DNA of 64,000 nt, from assembly GCA_030390025.1 (NCBI GenBank), contig JASTWF010000361.1, positions 1 to 64,000 on the forward strand, given 5' to 3'. The translations under genes were made by a program, and so were the position numbers. Positions 36,262 through 47,511 of this stretch are shown here, in pieces. Under the pieces are notes generated by a model. That model did no database searches and had not been told where the DNA came from. It saw nothing but the letters and a program-made list of their open reading frames with translations. Source of the DNA: Squalus acanthias (taxonomy: Eukaryota). Numbering within the stretch: the stretch's first letter is position 1; each line of letters starts with the position of its first letter.

Positions 36262-36732
36262 GGCCCCTGCTGTGGAAATGGCTTCTGCCATTGCTAACAA
36301 CATCAATGAACCCAGCACGCAACCCCTAAGCCGGCCAAGGCACCAATGATTCCAAACACCAAACATGTATATTTTGAATACAAAAACTTATTTATTTTAC
36401 AAACTCTGTGTGTGTCATTTCCTCATGACAAACTCATAGAAATAAACACAAAAAAACAGTCATTAACATAACTGGTTCTCACAACCTGGAGATAATGTCC
36501 AAAACACTAGACAAAAGTTGGACCACGAACCTCGGCCTTTAATAAAAAAATGACCAGCATTTTGTCACACCTCCTACTTTTTGCCCTTCGATGGTGATCT
36601 CCTTCCCTTGCGCACTTCCCCCCTTCTAACCCTACTGCTCCTCCGTAATGGGACCTCAGTGGCTGCAGCAAGGCTGGTGGAAGGCTGCAGATTGTCAGAC
36701 CCTGACACTGCAGATGCCCCTGAAGGACGGCC

Positions 36733-38447
36733 TCAACCAGTTCTGGGCCTGGAGGGCCCGGCTGCAGACTGCACCAACTCTGCATGGGCGGCAGCAGTCT
36801 GTCCCACAGGCGGTGGCAAGTGCAGTGGAGAAGTGACAGTGTTGGCAGCAGGAATGCTGTCATCGTGAGAGAGGACAGCAACTCCCTGCTCACCCGACAC
36901 ACTGGCACTCCCACGGGGCAGCACTTCAGCATCCGGAGCAATCTGCTGGAGCACAGATTGCTGGCCTGCTGCGGCGCGGTGAGAGCCCCGGGGACATGTG
37001 AGCGAGCCATCGAGGTTGGCAGCAGTCAGTGCTCGCGTGGCCTCAATCTGAGTCTGCATGAGAGCAGTCAGAGATGGGATCACGGCAGTCAGTGACTGAA
37101 TTGCAGCACTAAGCGTTAGTGTGGCATCCGCCTGTGCTACAGCGAAGTGCTCCACACTCCTTGCCAGTGACTCAATGCATTCGGGCACCCTTCCCACTGC
37201 ACCCATGAGCTCAGTGTGCATGCCCACCGCCTGGGTGTTCATTTCTGCGAGCAGCCGCTCCTCCTCTGCGTCCATTGCAGTAGGAGTCGCTGGCATACTC
37301 TCCCTCTGGGGAGAAGGCCCCCGTTCTTCCCTACCCCCATGGCGTTGCTGCAGCCCGCTGGGTCCTGGAGCTTCACCCTCATCAGACCCTTCCCCCCTGC
37401 TCCCCTCCAGGGAAGGCGTGTTCCCAGTGTGGGCAAGGGCTTCCTCGGGAGAGGGTGGCACTGATGCTCCGGCTTCCTCTTCCTCCTCGGCTGCAGCTTC
37501 ACTCCCACTGGCAGCTTCAGGGCCCGTCTCCTCAGCTGGTGAATCACCATCTGAAAGCAGGGAGGTACAAGAGTGGCTTTAGCGTGAGGACAGGGTGGCA
37601 GTAAGGGAGGAATAAGTGCAGCGAGTTAGCAAGTTGGATTGAAAGTGTCAAAGGCTGTTGTTGTGAGGGACAAGTGGAAGGACAGAGGACAAAAAGGTGA
37701 TGACCTTACCATTGCTGTCCAGAACGGGGTCGGCGTCTCCAGTGGCGATGGGACCGATCACCCGGCTTGCCACAATCCTGTGGACGCGCTCCTCAAGATC
37801 GCTGAGGGGTTGCAGCTGAGGCCGCCCTCCACCTGTCCGTTGCTGCTGTCTCCTATTATGCGCCAGCTTGGCCTGCAAGTAAAAGGACAGCATCTGAGTA
37901 AATATACAGCCATGGTCTTGCCTGATGTGCCTCCCATAGGTGAATAGCCCTTACTGTATGCAGCCATGGTCTTGCCTGATGTGCCTCCCATAGGTGAATA
38001 GCCCTTACTGTATGCAGCCATGGTCTTGCCTGATGTGCCTCCCATAGGTGAATAGCCCTTACTGTATGCAAAGTGTGGAATGTGTGTGTGTGTTTCATGA
38101 AAGGGCCATAGGTGTTGGATGAGTGTTGTGCATTGGGGTTTTAAGACCCTCTGGCCATAGAGTGAGGTTGAGATGGAGGGATGGAGAGGTATTGAGAAAA
38201 AGCCACTCACCCTGACGACCCGAGTGAGGTCGTTGAACTTTTTGCGGCATTGAACATGGGTCCTGGGCACCATGCTCCTGGAGGAGACGCTCTGAGCCAC
38301 CTCCCTCCACACTCTTCTGTACTCGCGTGGCAAAGGCCTCCTGCCACTCTCAGGGAAGAGTATACATCTTCTGCGCTCCACCGCGCCAACCAGAGCATCC
38401 AAGGCCCGCTCGGTGAAGCGCTGAGCTCATTCTCTCACCCTCTCCAT
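36733..38447 (-). pseudogene. Harbinger Myb/SANT-like DNA-binding gene, 3 exons (38447-38211, 37872-37710, 37550-36733), with a premature stop
   Basis: MERVRE*AQRFTERALDALV...W.EVA..V....R...QCRKKFNDL followed by AKLAHNRRQQQRTGGG is the Myb/SANT-like pattern. GTGAGT/TTGCAG and GTAAGG/TTTCAG splice sites keep the frame. TGA at 38427-38429. Confidence 0.8.
37907..38068. repeat. 54-bp perfect tandem repeat x3 in intron 1 of the Myb-like gene
   Basis: CAGCCATGGTCTTGCCTGATGTGCCTCCCATAGGTGAATAGCCCTTACTGTATG at 37907, 37961 and 38015. Confidence 0.95.
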
Positions 38448-39016
38448 CCTTGGCAGCAAAATGGATTCACAGGTCTCTCCAGGCCGAGATTCAAGGCTGC
38501 AATGAGCAGGGTGTGGCTGGGGAGCAAGTTGGCCCCCCCGCTTTAAGAACTGGCCGGCGCCAGTGTGTCTGTGTTCCCTCGCTAACTGGCAGCAGCTGCG
38601 CTGCGCTCGCGCGCTGAGTTAGTACCTCACTGCTCGGCCTTTGCGCCTTAAGACAGGTGTGCAGCGCCTGATTTAGCGCTCCACTCACCTCCCGGGGCGG
38701 TAAAAGTGAAGTTTCCAGTCAGTGGCGATAATTAGCGCCAGGCGCTAATTTTTGCGTCCAGACGATATTTGCGCCCCAAACGGGGCGCGACCTAATTTTT
38801 CCCCCCATAGGTTTTAAATCAGGTTATTTTTGTAGTTCAATTTTAACAGAAAATGGTATAATGATGGGAGTTAGAGATAGGAATAGTTAAAGTCTATCCA
38901 GCGCACATGTCTTTTTACGTGAGGCGAGGTCAGGGGACCCGCTCACCCCTCACAAAAGCCAAAGACTCTTGGGAGGCTGGCTACATCATTTTATCTGATC
39001 ACAGGAACCAGGAAAG

Positions 39017-41368
39017 ATGGAAAGGATTCTGATAGTGCTCGCCACGATCGGATATGGATTGGCCTATCGGGGCCTCACCAAGGATGTCATTGTGCTTGGT
39101 TGCTCCGGGGACACGGCCCCCATCGCGACGGATGGGACCGGGAAGCGAAAGGCTAAGGAGACCACCACTTATTTCCACAAGGGAAGGTGGCCGGGATGGC
39201 TGGGAACGAATTCAACGGAATACTCCAGTGCATCGGGATTTGCATACCAAGAGACTTCTTTACTGTGCCCCAGAGTGAGGATCATTGCACCCAGAATCAG
39301 CGTCACCGTCGGCAAAAGGATTTGTTTGACATGCAATGGGAAGGTCCCATTGAGCCGATGGTGGTGGTTACGGAAGTTAAGCAAGAATATGAGAAATTCC
39401 TCGGTTGAGTGGGAGCGATTGGGTAATAATACCCATCGGACAATTACGGGGACTAACGGACAATTGAAAGTCTGTTGGGACAAATGGTGGGAACCGGATG
39501 AGGGAATATATGTTTGTATGTGGGGATCGAAGTACGTTTGCCCCAAGGGTATATCCATATTTTTCGTAAACCAGTGGCAGGATAACGGGAAAGGGATGAG
39601 GTGGGATGTCAGCACCAGGGGGTGCGGAGCTCCATACTCCCCGATCCCGGTAAACGCCACTGAACTCATCACGCGCCCACGCAAGGCCCCGCCCACGATT
39701 CCGGTGGGTTTGGCTCAGGAGGAAGGGTGCCCTAAAACCACTAAGGGGCCCGGGAATGGTTTGGTACTGGTCCCAACAGACCAGATACTATTTCAAGGGG
39801 CACATTACGCGGTGGCCTCGGTGATTCTAAATCTCACCGTGGTGCGGTTACCAGAGTGGTGCCCCAAAGAGACGGAACAATTGTACCAGGTCCTGTTGAC
39901 AAACATGTTCAGACAATTCTACGAGTTTGATTTTGCAGAGATTGACAAGACAAGCTTGTACACCACACCACACGAAGTTTTGGGTCAGGTGGGGAGACAA
40001 AGAAATGGTATTGTGAACGATATGTTCACCGCCTTTACTACAGGAACATCTGTGGTCAACGCTCTAGACAACGTGGAGCTGCAGACCCAGATCAATGGTT
40101 TAAAAACACAATTAAAAAGCATCCCCACAAGCAAAAACAAGGTAGTAGGGTCTGAGTTACATGAGGACCAGGCCATGACACTACACTTAAAGGAAATTAT
40201 AGCAGAACTGGAGAAGCATGCGAGAACGGTAAATGCCCTGATTAGGGAAGATCGGAATGCATCCGATCAAGCTGCGCAGAACGAGGTGTGCGTGCTATAC
40301 GGGGCGTGGTTACTGGGATAGGGCCGCAGTAATTTGAAGGATTTAAAACAAGGTTTGGTCCCGTCCCGGATAAGTAACAAACACCTGCAGGCGCTCCACC
40401 CTTTTCAGAACGCATTAAGCCCGTGCCAGCTCAGACTAGCCTCAGAGGCATATCCAGTCCCCGTGGACTGCAGACGGTCAAACCATACCATCATGGGTAT
40501 AGTATTACGTATGCCGGTTTTGGGCGACACAGCAAAGCCCGCCCCGGTGTATCAAGTAGAGAACATTGGTGTCATTCAGGGGGGAGCCCACATTTGCTAC
40601 GCAGCGGTCCCACCTTACGTCATCCGCTGGGAGCAAACGATGACAGGTACCGATCTCTCGGGTTGTCGTGGCCGGGGAGCACACATAATCCTGTGTCCCC
40701 AGCACTTGAATGCCTTTTTAACACCACAATGCGGGTTCAGAACGGCTGGCGCCAAGCCCATGAATTGCACCATGGAGGCAATGACACAAGATCATGTGCC
40801 TCCGCAGGTGGCATACATCGGGGGTGGAACATATTGCGTTACCACTGCAGCGCAACACTACCAGCATGGAAACTACAGCCGGTGTCCGGTGAGTGACAGC
40901 AGTTTCTGTTTTAAACCCAGGGCTGAAGTTCAAGTGGCACAACAGCGAATTGTCCCGATCCCTGAACCATCCACTGTTCATCTCACAGCAAAAGAGAATT
41001 TCACCGACTTGCAGCGATTCGTCGCGCATTTCGGATACATCATTCCCCCTCTCCCTGAACACCTCACCAAGCTTTTGAAAGCCGTCGTGGTATCACAAAA
41101 ACATTTTTACACCCTAGAACAAAAGACTGTCGAGATAGGGACAGAAATTCTGGACATAGTAATCCCACTGTGGTGGGACCTGTTCACCAATATTGAAGTG
41201 CCTTCATGGATCAGAATAGCCTCCCACATTTTAGTTGTGTGCCAAGTAATAATTGTAGTGTACCTATTGGTCGTGCACTGCAAGAGAGGCAAGCGCCTCA
41301 CAAAGCAGGAGAACACAGGAGAGTGGAGAGAACGTTACGTGCGCGTGCACGAGGAAAGCGCCGCGTAA
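39017..41368 (+). pseudogene. env: Envelope glycoprotein (783 codons, one in-frame TAG at 40319-40321): signal peptide, Ig-like domain, class-I fusion module, TM anchor
   Basis: ORFs 39017-40321 and 40334-41368 are in the same frame. Hydrophobic N-terminus; LTC..W..DEGIYVC; RQRN/GIVNDMFTAFTTGTSVVN followed by heptads; Cys-rich region; TM WIRIASHILVVCQVIIVVYLLVV; several N-x-S/T sites. Candidate splice acceptor ...TCACAG at 39004. Confidence 0.85.
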
Positions 41369-41794
41369 ACGGCCAGGATGACGCCGCTCCATTTTACCAT
41401 GTGTGTTCTTTGTAATTGATTGTTAGTTATGAAGCTATGTAACCAAGTTTGGAACTTTGTATTTTAAGAGTTTGTTTTGATTATTTTTAACTTTTGTATT
41501 GTTAAAATGGTTGTTTGATTATTTTTTTTTCCCTGTATAATAAAAACATGCATATACAGGTGGTGCGAGAGGCATCGGCCTGTTGCACCTGGAAGACATA
41601 TACGCGATGAAAGTTTAAAAGGCAATACTGCCTACGGTTTTGTCCAAGTTAGATAATGTAATTTTCCCTGGGAAATGAGGACGGCATGGAGACCCGAGAT
41701 AGTTTAAGTTAAGGGAGTGTTTGGATGTGGAGAATCGGGATAATTTTGCTCACCACCACTTTTAATTGATACGATAAGCGAAGTTATTCGCATC

Positions 41795-41806
41795 AACAGG
41801 AGGGAC
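41795..41806 (+). promoter_or_regulatory. Polypurine tract
   Basis: AACAGGAGGGAC immediately before the TGTAA of the 3' LTR. Confidence 0.65.
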
Positions 41807-43419
41807 TGTAAAATTCGCAAATATCGCGATTCGAAATAACGAGATAAAGCAGATTCGTTTCATCAGTTTTATTTCAACGAAATGCTGTCATGATTAAACA
41901 GGACACGGAAGCCTGTAAAATGGCCGCCGCGCCTCGTGGCAGAAGCTTCCAGAATTTTCAGTGGGCAGACAAGATGGTGTTCGAATAAACATTTCAGTAT
42001 AAGATTGGATAATACTCAGCAAACACTGATAAAGACAGGATGCAACCTGTTTGCATTCGACACAATAGCAAAGATATAAGTGCTGGAATCATTTTCCATG
42101 CACAAGTAAGGGCCATTGTACTGGGCAATCGAAGGCCCATCCAGATACATCAATACGCAAATTCCCCCACGGCTCTACAATGAGAGAGCCATTCACGGGT
42201 GATTAAGTCAGTATTCGAGAAGGCCCCAAACCCAGTCAGGGAGACTCCTAGCCGGTTCGACAATGGGGAAAACATTAACGGATAGTTGGCCAGTTTAAGG
42301 TGCTACCGAAACCCATTAAAGGAAAGAATCGCCCCATGCTGGGAGTTTTGTGCACCAGTATTACACAAAGGACAAACATTAAGGTTTGGGCGGGAGATAA
42401 GGGAACACAGCACTATAACTATAGTGAACAAACGTCCATCGCTCTCTTATTCCTCTGATCCTCCCGGGGCTTATTCGTTTGAACTGACTCTTGACGCGGG
42501 CTGAACTTTTATTCTCCTATGTTGGGTGGAGCTCAATTTGGAACGAGTCGCCTCGACGAAGGCCAGTGACCGGGTGCACCATCCCGAGGGTCGGTAAACG
42601 GTGTTCTGGACCCGAAGGCCCGAAGAGACGAGAAGAGATGAGATGAGAAGAGAAGAAGAAGAATCCACGTGCCGCCGCGGTCAGTAAACCCCGACCGCGC
42701 CCGAAAATATATAGACCATTTTTGAACTCTACAGGTTACTGCATGAACTGGTCAAAGACTCTTCTTTGAATTCTACCGGCAACCGGTGTCAGACACAGGA
42801 AGACTCTTCTTCGAACCGGGCCCGAGCACTGTCGAGTTCTTCATGACAACGGGGAGCCCAGCCTGCTTGCAGCAGCAGCGAAAGTAAACAAGTGGGGTAC
42901 AGAGACCCCTCTAAACACGTGACAGTCAGGCGCTGCAGCGAAACGAGCCGAGCGCCTCGTTTAAAATTCTCCGAAGTATCACGAGTGGTGAGCATGTTTC
43001 CCGATCCTACAAATCTAGATTAGTGTAGGTATTGATAGGGGAGGGTGGTTTTATTAAGGATAAATATAATGTGTTCCCCTTTTTACGATGTGCCGTGCGT
43101 TCCTCATTACCCGAGACCAAGTTTTATGAATGTATGTCTACTTGTACTGTCATTAATTTGTGCCTATGACATGTACTTCATGATTTTGGACGTTATGCAA
43201 TAAAGATTTCCATTTCGTACTATTCAACCGTGTCTATTTGAGTGTTCTCTGCATTACTGCTCTCGCACCTAAGTCCAGTGTTAGAACCGTAAGGGTGAGT
43301 GGGCCGAACCACTCACAGGTGCTTATTGCAACAAGGCTGGCCGGAGACCAGAGCAAGCAATAGTATTAGGCAACGAAGGCCTAACCCCGCACAAGCACCC
43401 TGAACCGAAACCCCTTACA
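41807..43419 (+). repeat. 3' LTR (1613 bp)
   Basis: Matches the 5' LTR apart from roughly two dozen substitutions counted by eye and a 27-bp indel (GTCGCCTCGACGAAGGCCAGTGACCGG, ~42547-42573). Confidence 0.96.
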
Positions 43420-44222
43420 ACACTAAATGCTAACCCAAACCCTAAATCCGAACCCTAACCCTAACCCAAACCCTAACCCGAACCCAAAAACCTAATCCGA
43501 ACACCCCTAACCCTAACCCCTAACCCAACCCACAACCCTAACCCACAACCCTAACCCTAACCCACAACCCTAATCCTAACACCCCCGACACTACCCACAA
43601 CCCTAACCCACAACCCTATCCCTAACCCTACAACCCTAACCCTAACACCTCGGACACGACCCACAACCCTAATCCTAACACCCCGGACACTACCCAAAAC
43701 CCTAATTCTAACGCCCCCGACATTACCCACAACCATAACCCTAACTCTAAACCTAACCCTAACCCACATCCGGAACCCTAACCTGAACGCCCCGGAAACT
43801 ACCCACAACCCTAATCCTAACACCCCTGTCATTACCCACAACCCTAACCCTAACCCTAAATACCCTAACCCTAACCCACAACCCTAATCCTAACGCCCCC
43901 GACATTACCCACAACCCTAACCCAAACCCTAACCCTAAATACCTGAACCCTCACACACAACCCTAATCCTAACACCCCGGACACTACCCACAACCCTAAC
44001 CCTAACCCTAACCCTAACCCACAACCCTAACCCTAACCCTAACTCTAACCCTAACCCGAACCCTATCCCACAACCCTAACCCTAACCCTAACCCTAACGG
44101 TAACCTGAACCCTAACCCACAACCCTAACACTAAACCAACCCTAACCCTAATCCTAACCTTAAATGCACAACCCACAACCCTAATCCTAACCTCCCCGGA
44201 CACTACCCACAACCCTAATCTT
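43420..44222 (-). repeat. Degenerate telomeric repeat array, continuation to the right of the provirus
   Basis: CCCTAA mixed with CCCACAA and (A/G)CCCCCGACA(C/T)TACCCACAA, the same variants as at 28900-30060. Confidence 0.93.
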
Positions 44223-44475
44223 AACATAGAAAAATAGGAGCAGGAGTCGGCCATTCGGCTCTTCGAGCCTGCTCCGCCATCCAATGTGATCATAGCTGAT
44301 CCTCTATCTCAATACCTTATTCCCGCTCTCTCCCCATACCCCTTGATGCCTTTAGTGTCTAGAAATCTATCTATCTCCATCTTAAATATATTCAGTGACT
44401 TGGCCTCCACAGCCTTCTGTGGTAGAGAATTCCACAGGTTCACCACCCTCTGATTGAAGAAATTTCTCCTCATCT

Positions 44476-45945
44476 ATAGACTCTGGAACAGTTCCCATGG
44501 ATTGGAGGGTAGCTAATGTTACCCCACTGTTCAAAAAAGGTGGTAAAGAAAAAATGGGGAATTATAGTGGGGAAAATGCTAGAGTCCATTATAAAAGATG
44601 TAATAGCAGAGCACTTGGAAAACAGTGACAGGATTGGACAAAGTCAACATGGATTTACAAAAGGGAAATCATGCCTGACTAATCTACTGGAATTTTTTGA
44701 GGATGTAACTGATAGAATAGATGAGGGAGAACCAGTGGATGTGGTGTATTTGGACTTTCAGAAGGCTTTCGATAAGGTCCCACATAAGAGATTAGCGTGT
44801 AAAGTTAAGGCACATGGGATTGGGGGCAAGGTACTGACTTGGATAGAGAACTGGTTGGCAGACAGGAAGCAAAGAGTTGGATAAACGAGTCTTTTTCCGA
44901 GTGGCAGGCAGTGACTAGTGGGGTTCCGCAGGGATCGGTCCTAGGACCCCAGCTATTCACTATATATATTAATGATCTAGACGAGGGAACTAGATGTAAT
45001 ATCTCCAAGTTTGCAGATGACACAAAGCTGGTGGGCGTGTGTGCTGTGAGGAGGATGCCGAGAAACTCAAGTATGATTTGGACAGGTTGGATGATTGGGC
45101 AGAAGCATGGCAGATGCAGTATAATGTGGATAAATGCGAGGTTATCCACTTTGGTGGCAAAAACAGGAAGGCAGATTATTATCTGAACGGCAATAGATTG
45201 GGAAAAGGGGAAGTGCAATGAGACCTGGGTGTCCTTGTGCACCAGTCGCTGAAGGTAAGCATGCAGGTGCAGCAGGCGGTTAAGAAGGCAAATGGTATGT
45301 TGGCCTTCATAGCGAGAGGATTCGAGTACAGGAGCAAGGATGTCTTGCTGCAGCTGTACAGGGCCTTGGTGAGACCACACCTTGAGTATTGTGTGCAGTT
45401 TTGGTCGCCTTATCTGAGGAAGGATGTTCTTGCCATGGAGGGTGTGCAGCGAAGATTTACCAGACTGATACCTGGGATGGCAGGAATGACGTATGAGGAG
45501 AGATTGGGTCGATTGGGCTTACGCTCGCTGGAGTTTAGAAGAATGAGAGGAGATCTCATTGAAACTTATAAAATTCTAACAGGGCTAGACAGACTAGATG
45601 TAGGAAGGATGTTCCTGATGGCGGGTGAGTCCAGAACAAGAGGTCACAGTCTAAAGATAAGGGGTAAGCCATTTAGGACAGTGATGAGGAGGAATTTCTT
45701 CACCCAGAGAGTGGTGAACCTGTGGAATTCTCTACCACAGAAGGCAGTTGAGGCCAAGTCAGTAAATATATTCAAGAAGGAGTTAGATATATTTCTTAAG
45801 GCTAAAGGTATCAAGGGATATGGGGAGAAAGCAGGGACAGGGTACTGAGTTTGGATGATCAGCCATGATCTCATCGAATGGCGGAGCAGGCTCGAGGGGC
45901 CGAATGGCCTACTCCTGCTCCTATCTTCTATGTTTCTATGTTTCT
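44476..45945 (+). mobile_element. Second, 5'-truncated CR1 LINE inserted in opposite orientation into the 3' region of the first
   Basis: RT motifs [23 protein letters not shown] and KFADD with frameshifts and stops. (TTTCTATG)n tail. Flanking ATCT repeat at 44472-44475 and 45946-45949. The host CR1 reads through across the insertion. Confidence 0.9.
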
Positions 45946-47175
45946 ATCTCAATCCTAAATGTCCTACCCGTATCCTGAGACTGTGACTCCTCGTTCTAGA
46001 CCCCCCAGCCAGGGGAAACATCCTCCCTGCATCCAGTCTGTCCAGCCCTGTCAGAATTTTATACGTTTCAATGAGATCCCCTCTCATTCTTCTAAACTCT
46101 AGTGAATACAGGCCAAGTCGACCCAATCTCTCCTCATACGACAGTCCTGCCATCCCAGGAATCGGTCTGGTGAACCTTCTCTGCACTCCCTCCATGGCAA
46201 GTATATCCTTTCTTAGGTAAGGAGACCAAAACTGCACACAATACTCCAGGTGTGGTCTCACCAAGGCCCTGTATATCTGTAGTAAGACATCCTTTATCCT
46301 GTACTCAAATCCCCTTGCAATGAAGGCCAACATACCGTTTGCCTTCCTAACTGCTTGCTGCACCTGTATGTTTGCTTTCAGTGACTGGTGTACAAGGACA
46401 CCCAGGTCCCTTTGTACATCAACATTTCCCAATCTATCACCATTTAAATAATACACTGCCTTTCTGTTTTTCCTACCGAAGTGGATAACTTCATATTTAT
46501 CCAAGTTATACTGCATCTGCCATGTATTTGCCCACTCACTCAACTTGTCTAAATCGCCTTGAAGCCTCTTTGCATCCTCCTCACAACTCACAATCCCACC
46601 TAGTTTCATGTCATCAGCAAACTTTGAAATATTACATTTGGTTCCCTCATCCAAACCATTGATATATATTGTGAATAGCTGGGGCCCAAGCACTGATCCC
46701 TGCGGTACCCCACTAGTCACCGCCTTCCACCTCGAAAAAGACCCATGTATTCCTACTCTCTGTTTCCTGTCTGTTTTCCAATTGTCAATTCATGCCAGTA
46801 TATTACTCCCAATCCCATGTGCTTTAATTTTGCACGCTAACCTCTTATGTGGGACTTTATCAAAGGCCTTCTGAAAATTCAAATACACCGCATCCACTGG
46901 TTCTCCCTTATCTATTCTACCAGATACATCCTCAAAAAATTCCAGTCGGTTTGTCAAACACGATTTCCCTTTCATAAATCCACGTTGACTTTGTCTAATC
47001 CTGTTGATAATTTCTCAGTGTCCTGTTATCACATCCTTTATAATAGACTCTAGCATTTTCCCTGCTACTGATGTTAGGCTAACTGTTCTGTAGTTCCCTG
47101 TTTTCTCTCTCCCTGCTTTTAAAAAAATGAGAAGTCGCACAACACCAGGTTATAGTCCAACGGATTTATTTAAAA

Positions 47176-47214
47176 TTATGAGCTTTCGGAGCTGTTGCCC
47201 CTTCGTCAGGTAAA
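47176..47214 (-). ncRNA. Minimal type-I hammerhead ribozyme motif
   Basis: Minus strand TTTAC-CTGACGA-A-GGGGC-AACA-GCTCC-GAAA-GCTC-ATAA contains the CUGAnGA and GAAA core, stem II and palindromic AGCU. Confidence 0.65.
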
Positions 47215-47511
47215 GGTACAATGAGGGAATCTACAATATTACACAGTATATAAACACAGAAAGCAATTTTTCTGCAGAGATACAATCTTTCAGGGAGGCA
47301 TTACATCAAAGACACACCAGAGCACAGCCAAGACAATGAGATGGGTCACAGGGGGTCCAACGTGTCAAATCCTGCTGTCTGCAGTTGAGCTTTTTACCTT
47401 TTTTTTTGTTTTTGTTTTTTTGTTGTGTTTTTTTTTAAAACTGGAAAGACAGACAACGATGTCGAGTCACGTTCTGTAAGATTGTATCTCTGCAGACAAA
47501 TTGCTTTCTGT

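Larger units (their letters stand above)
34590..38806 (+). mobile_element. Full-length PIF/Harbinger DNA transposon (~4.2 kb) nested in the provirus
   Basis: TIR GGGGGAAAAATT...AATTTTTCCCCC. Convergent DDE transposase and Myb/SANT-like genes. TSD ambiguous (TAT/CAT or AT). Confidence 0.92.
30066..43419 (+). mobile_element. LTR retroelement / endogenous retrovirus-like provirus: gag + accessory ORF + env, pol absent
   Basis: Two ~1.6-kb direct repeats with TGTAA...TTACA ends, 4-bp TSD ACAC (30062-30065 and 43420-43423), PBS, PPT, gag and env ORFs. Confidence 0.95.

Noticed and set aside
35431..36366. 311-aa antisense ORF over the transposase, and similar antisense ORFs over gag, ORF2 and env
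   Set aside because: Shadow ORFs of GC-rich coding sequence with no recognisable motifs.
33440..39016. A pol gene for the LTR element
   Set aside because: No D(T/S)G protease, YxDD RT, RNase H or HHCC/DDE integrase motifs found; the only DDE enzyme present is the Harbinger transposase inside its own TIRs.
44516..46975. CR1 reverse transcriptase as the missing Pol or as an active gene
   Set aside because: Outside the LTRs, non-LTR type, and fragmented by stops and frameshifts.
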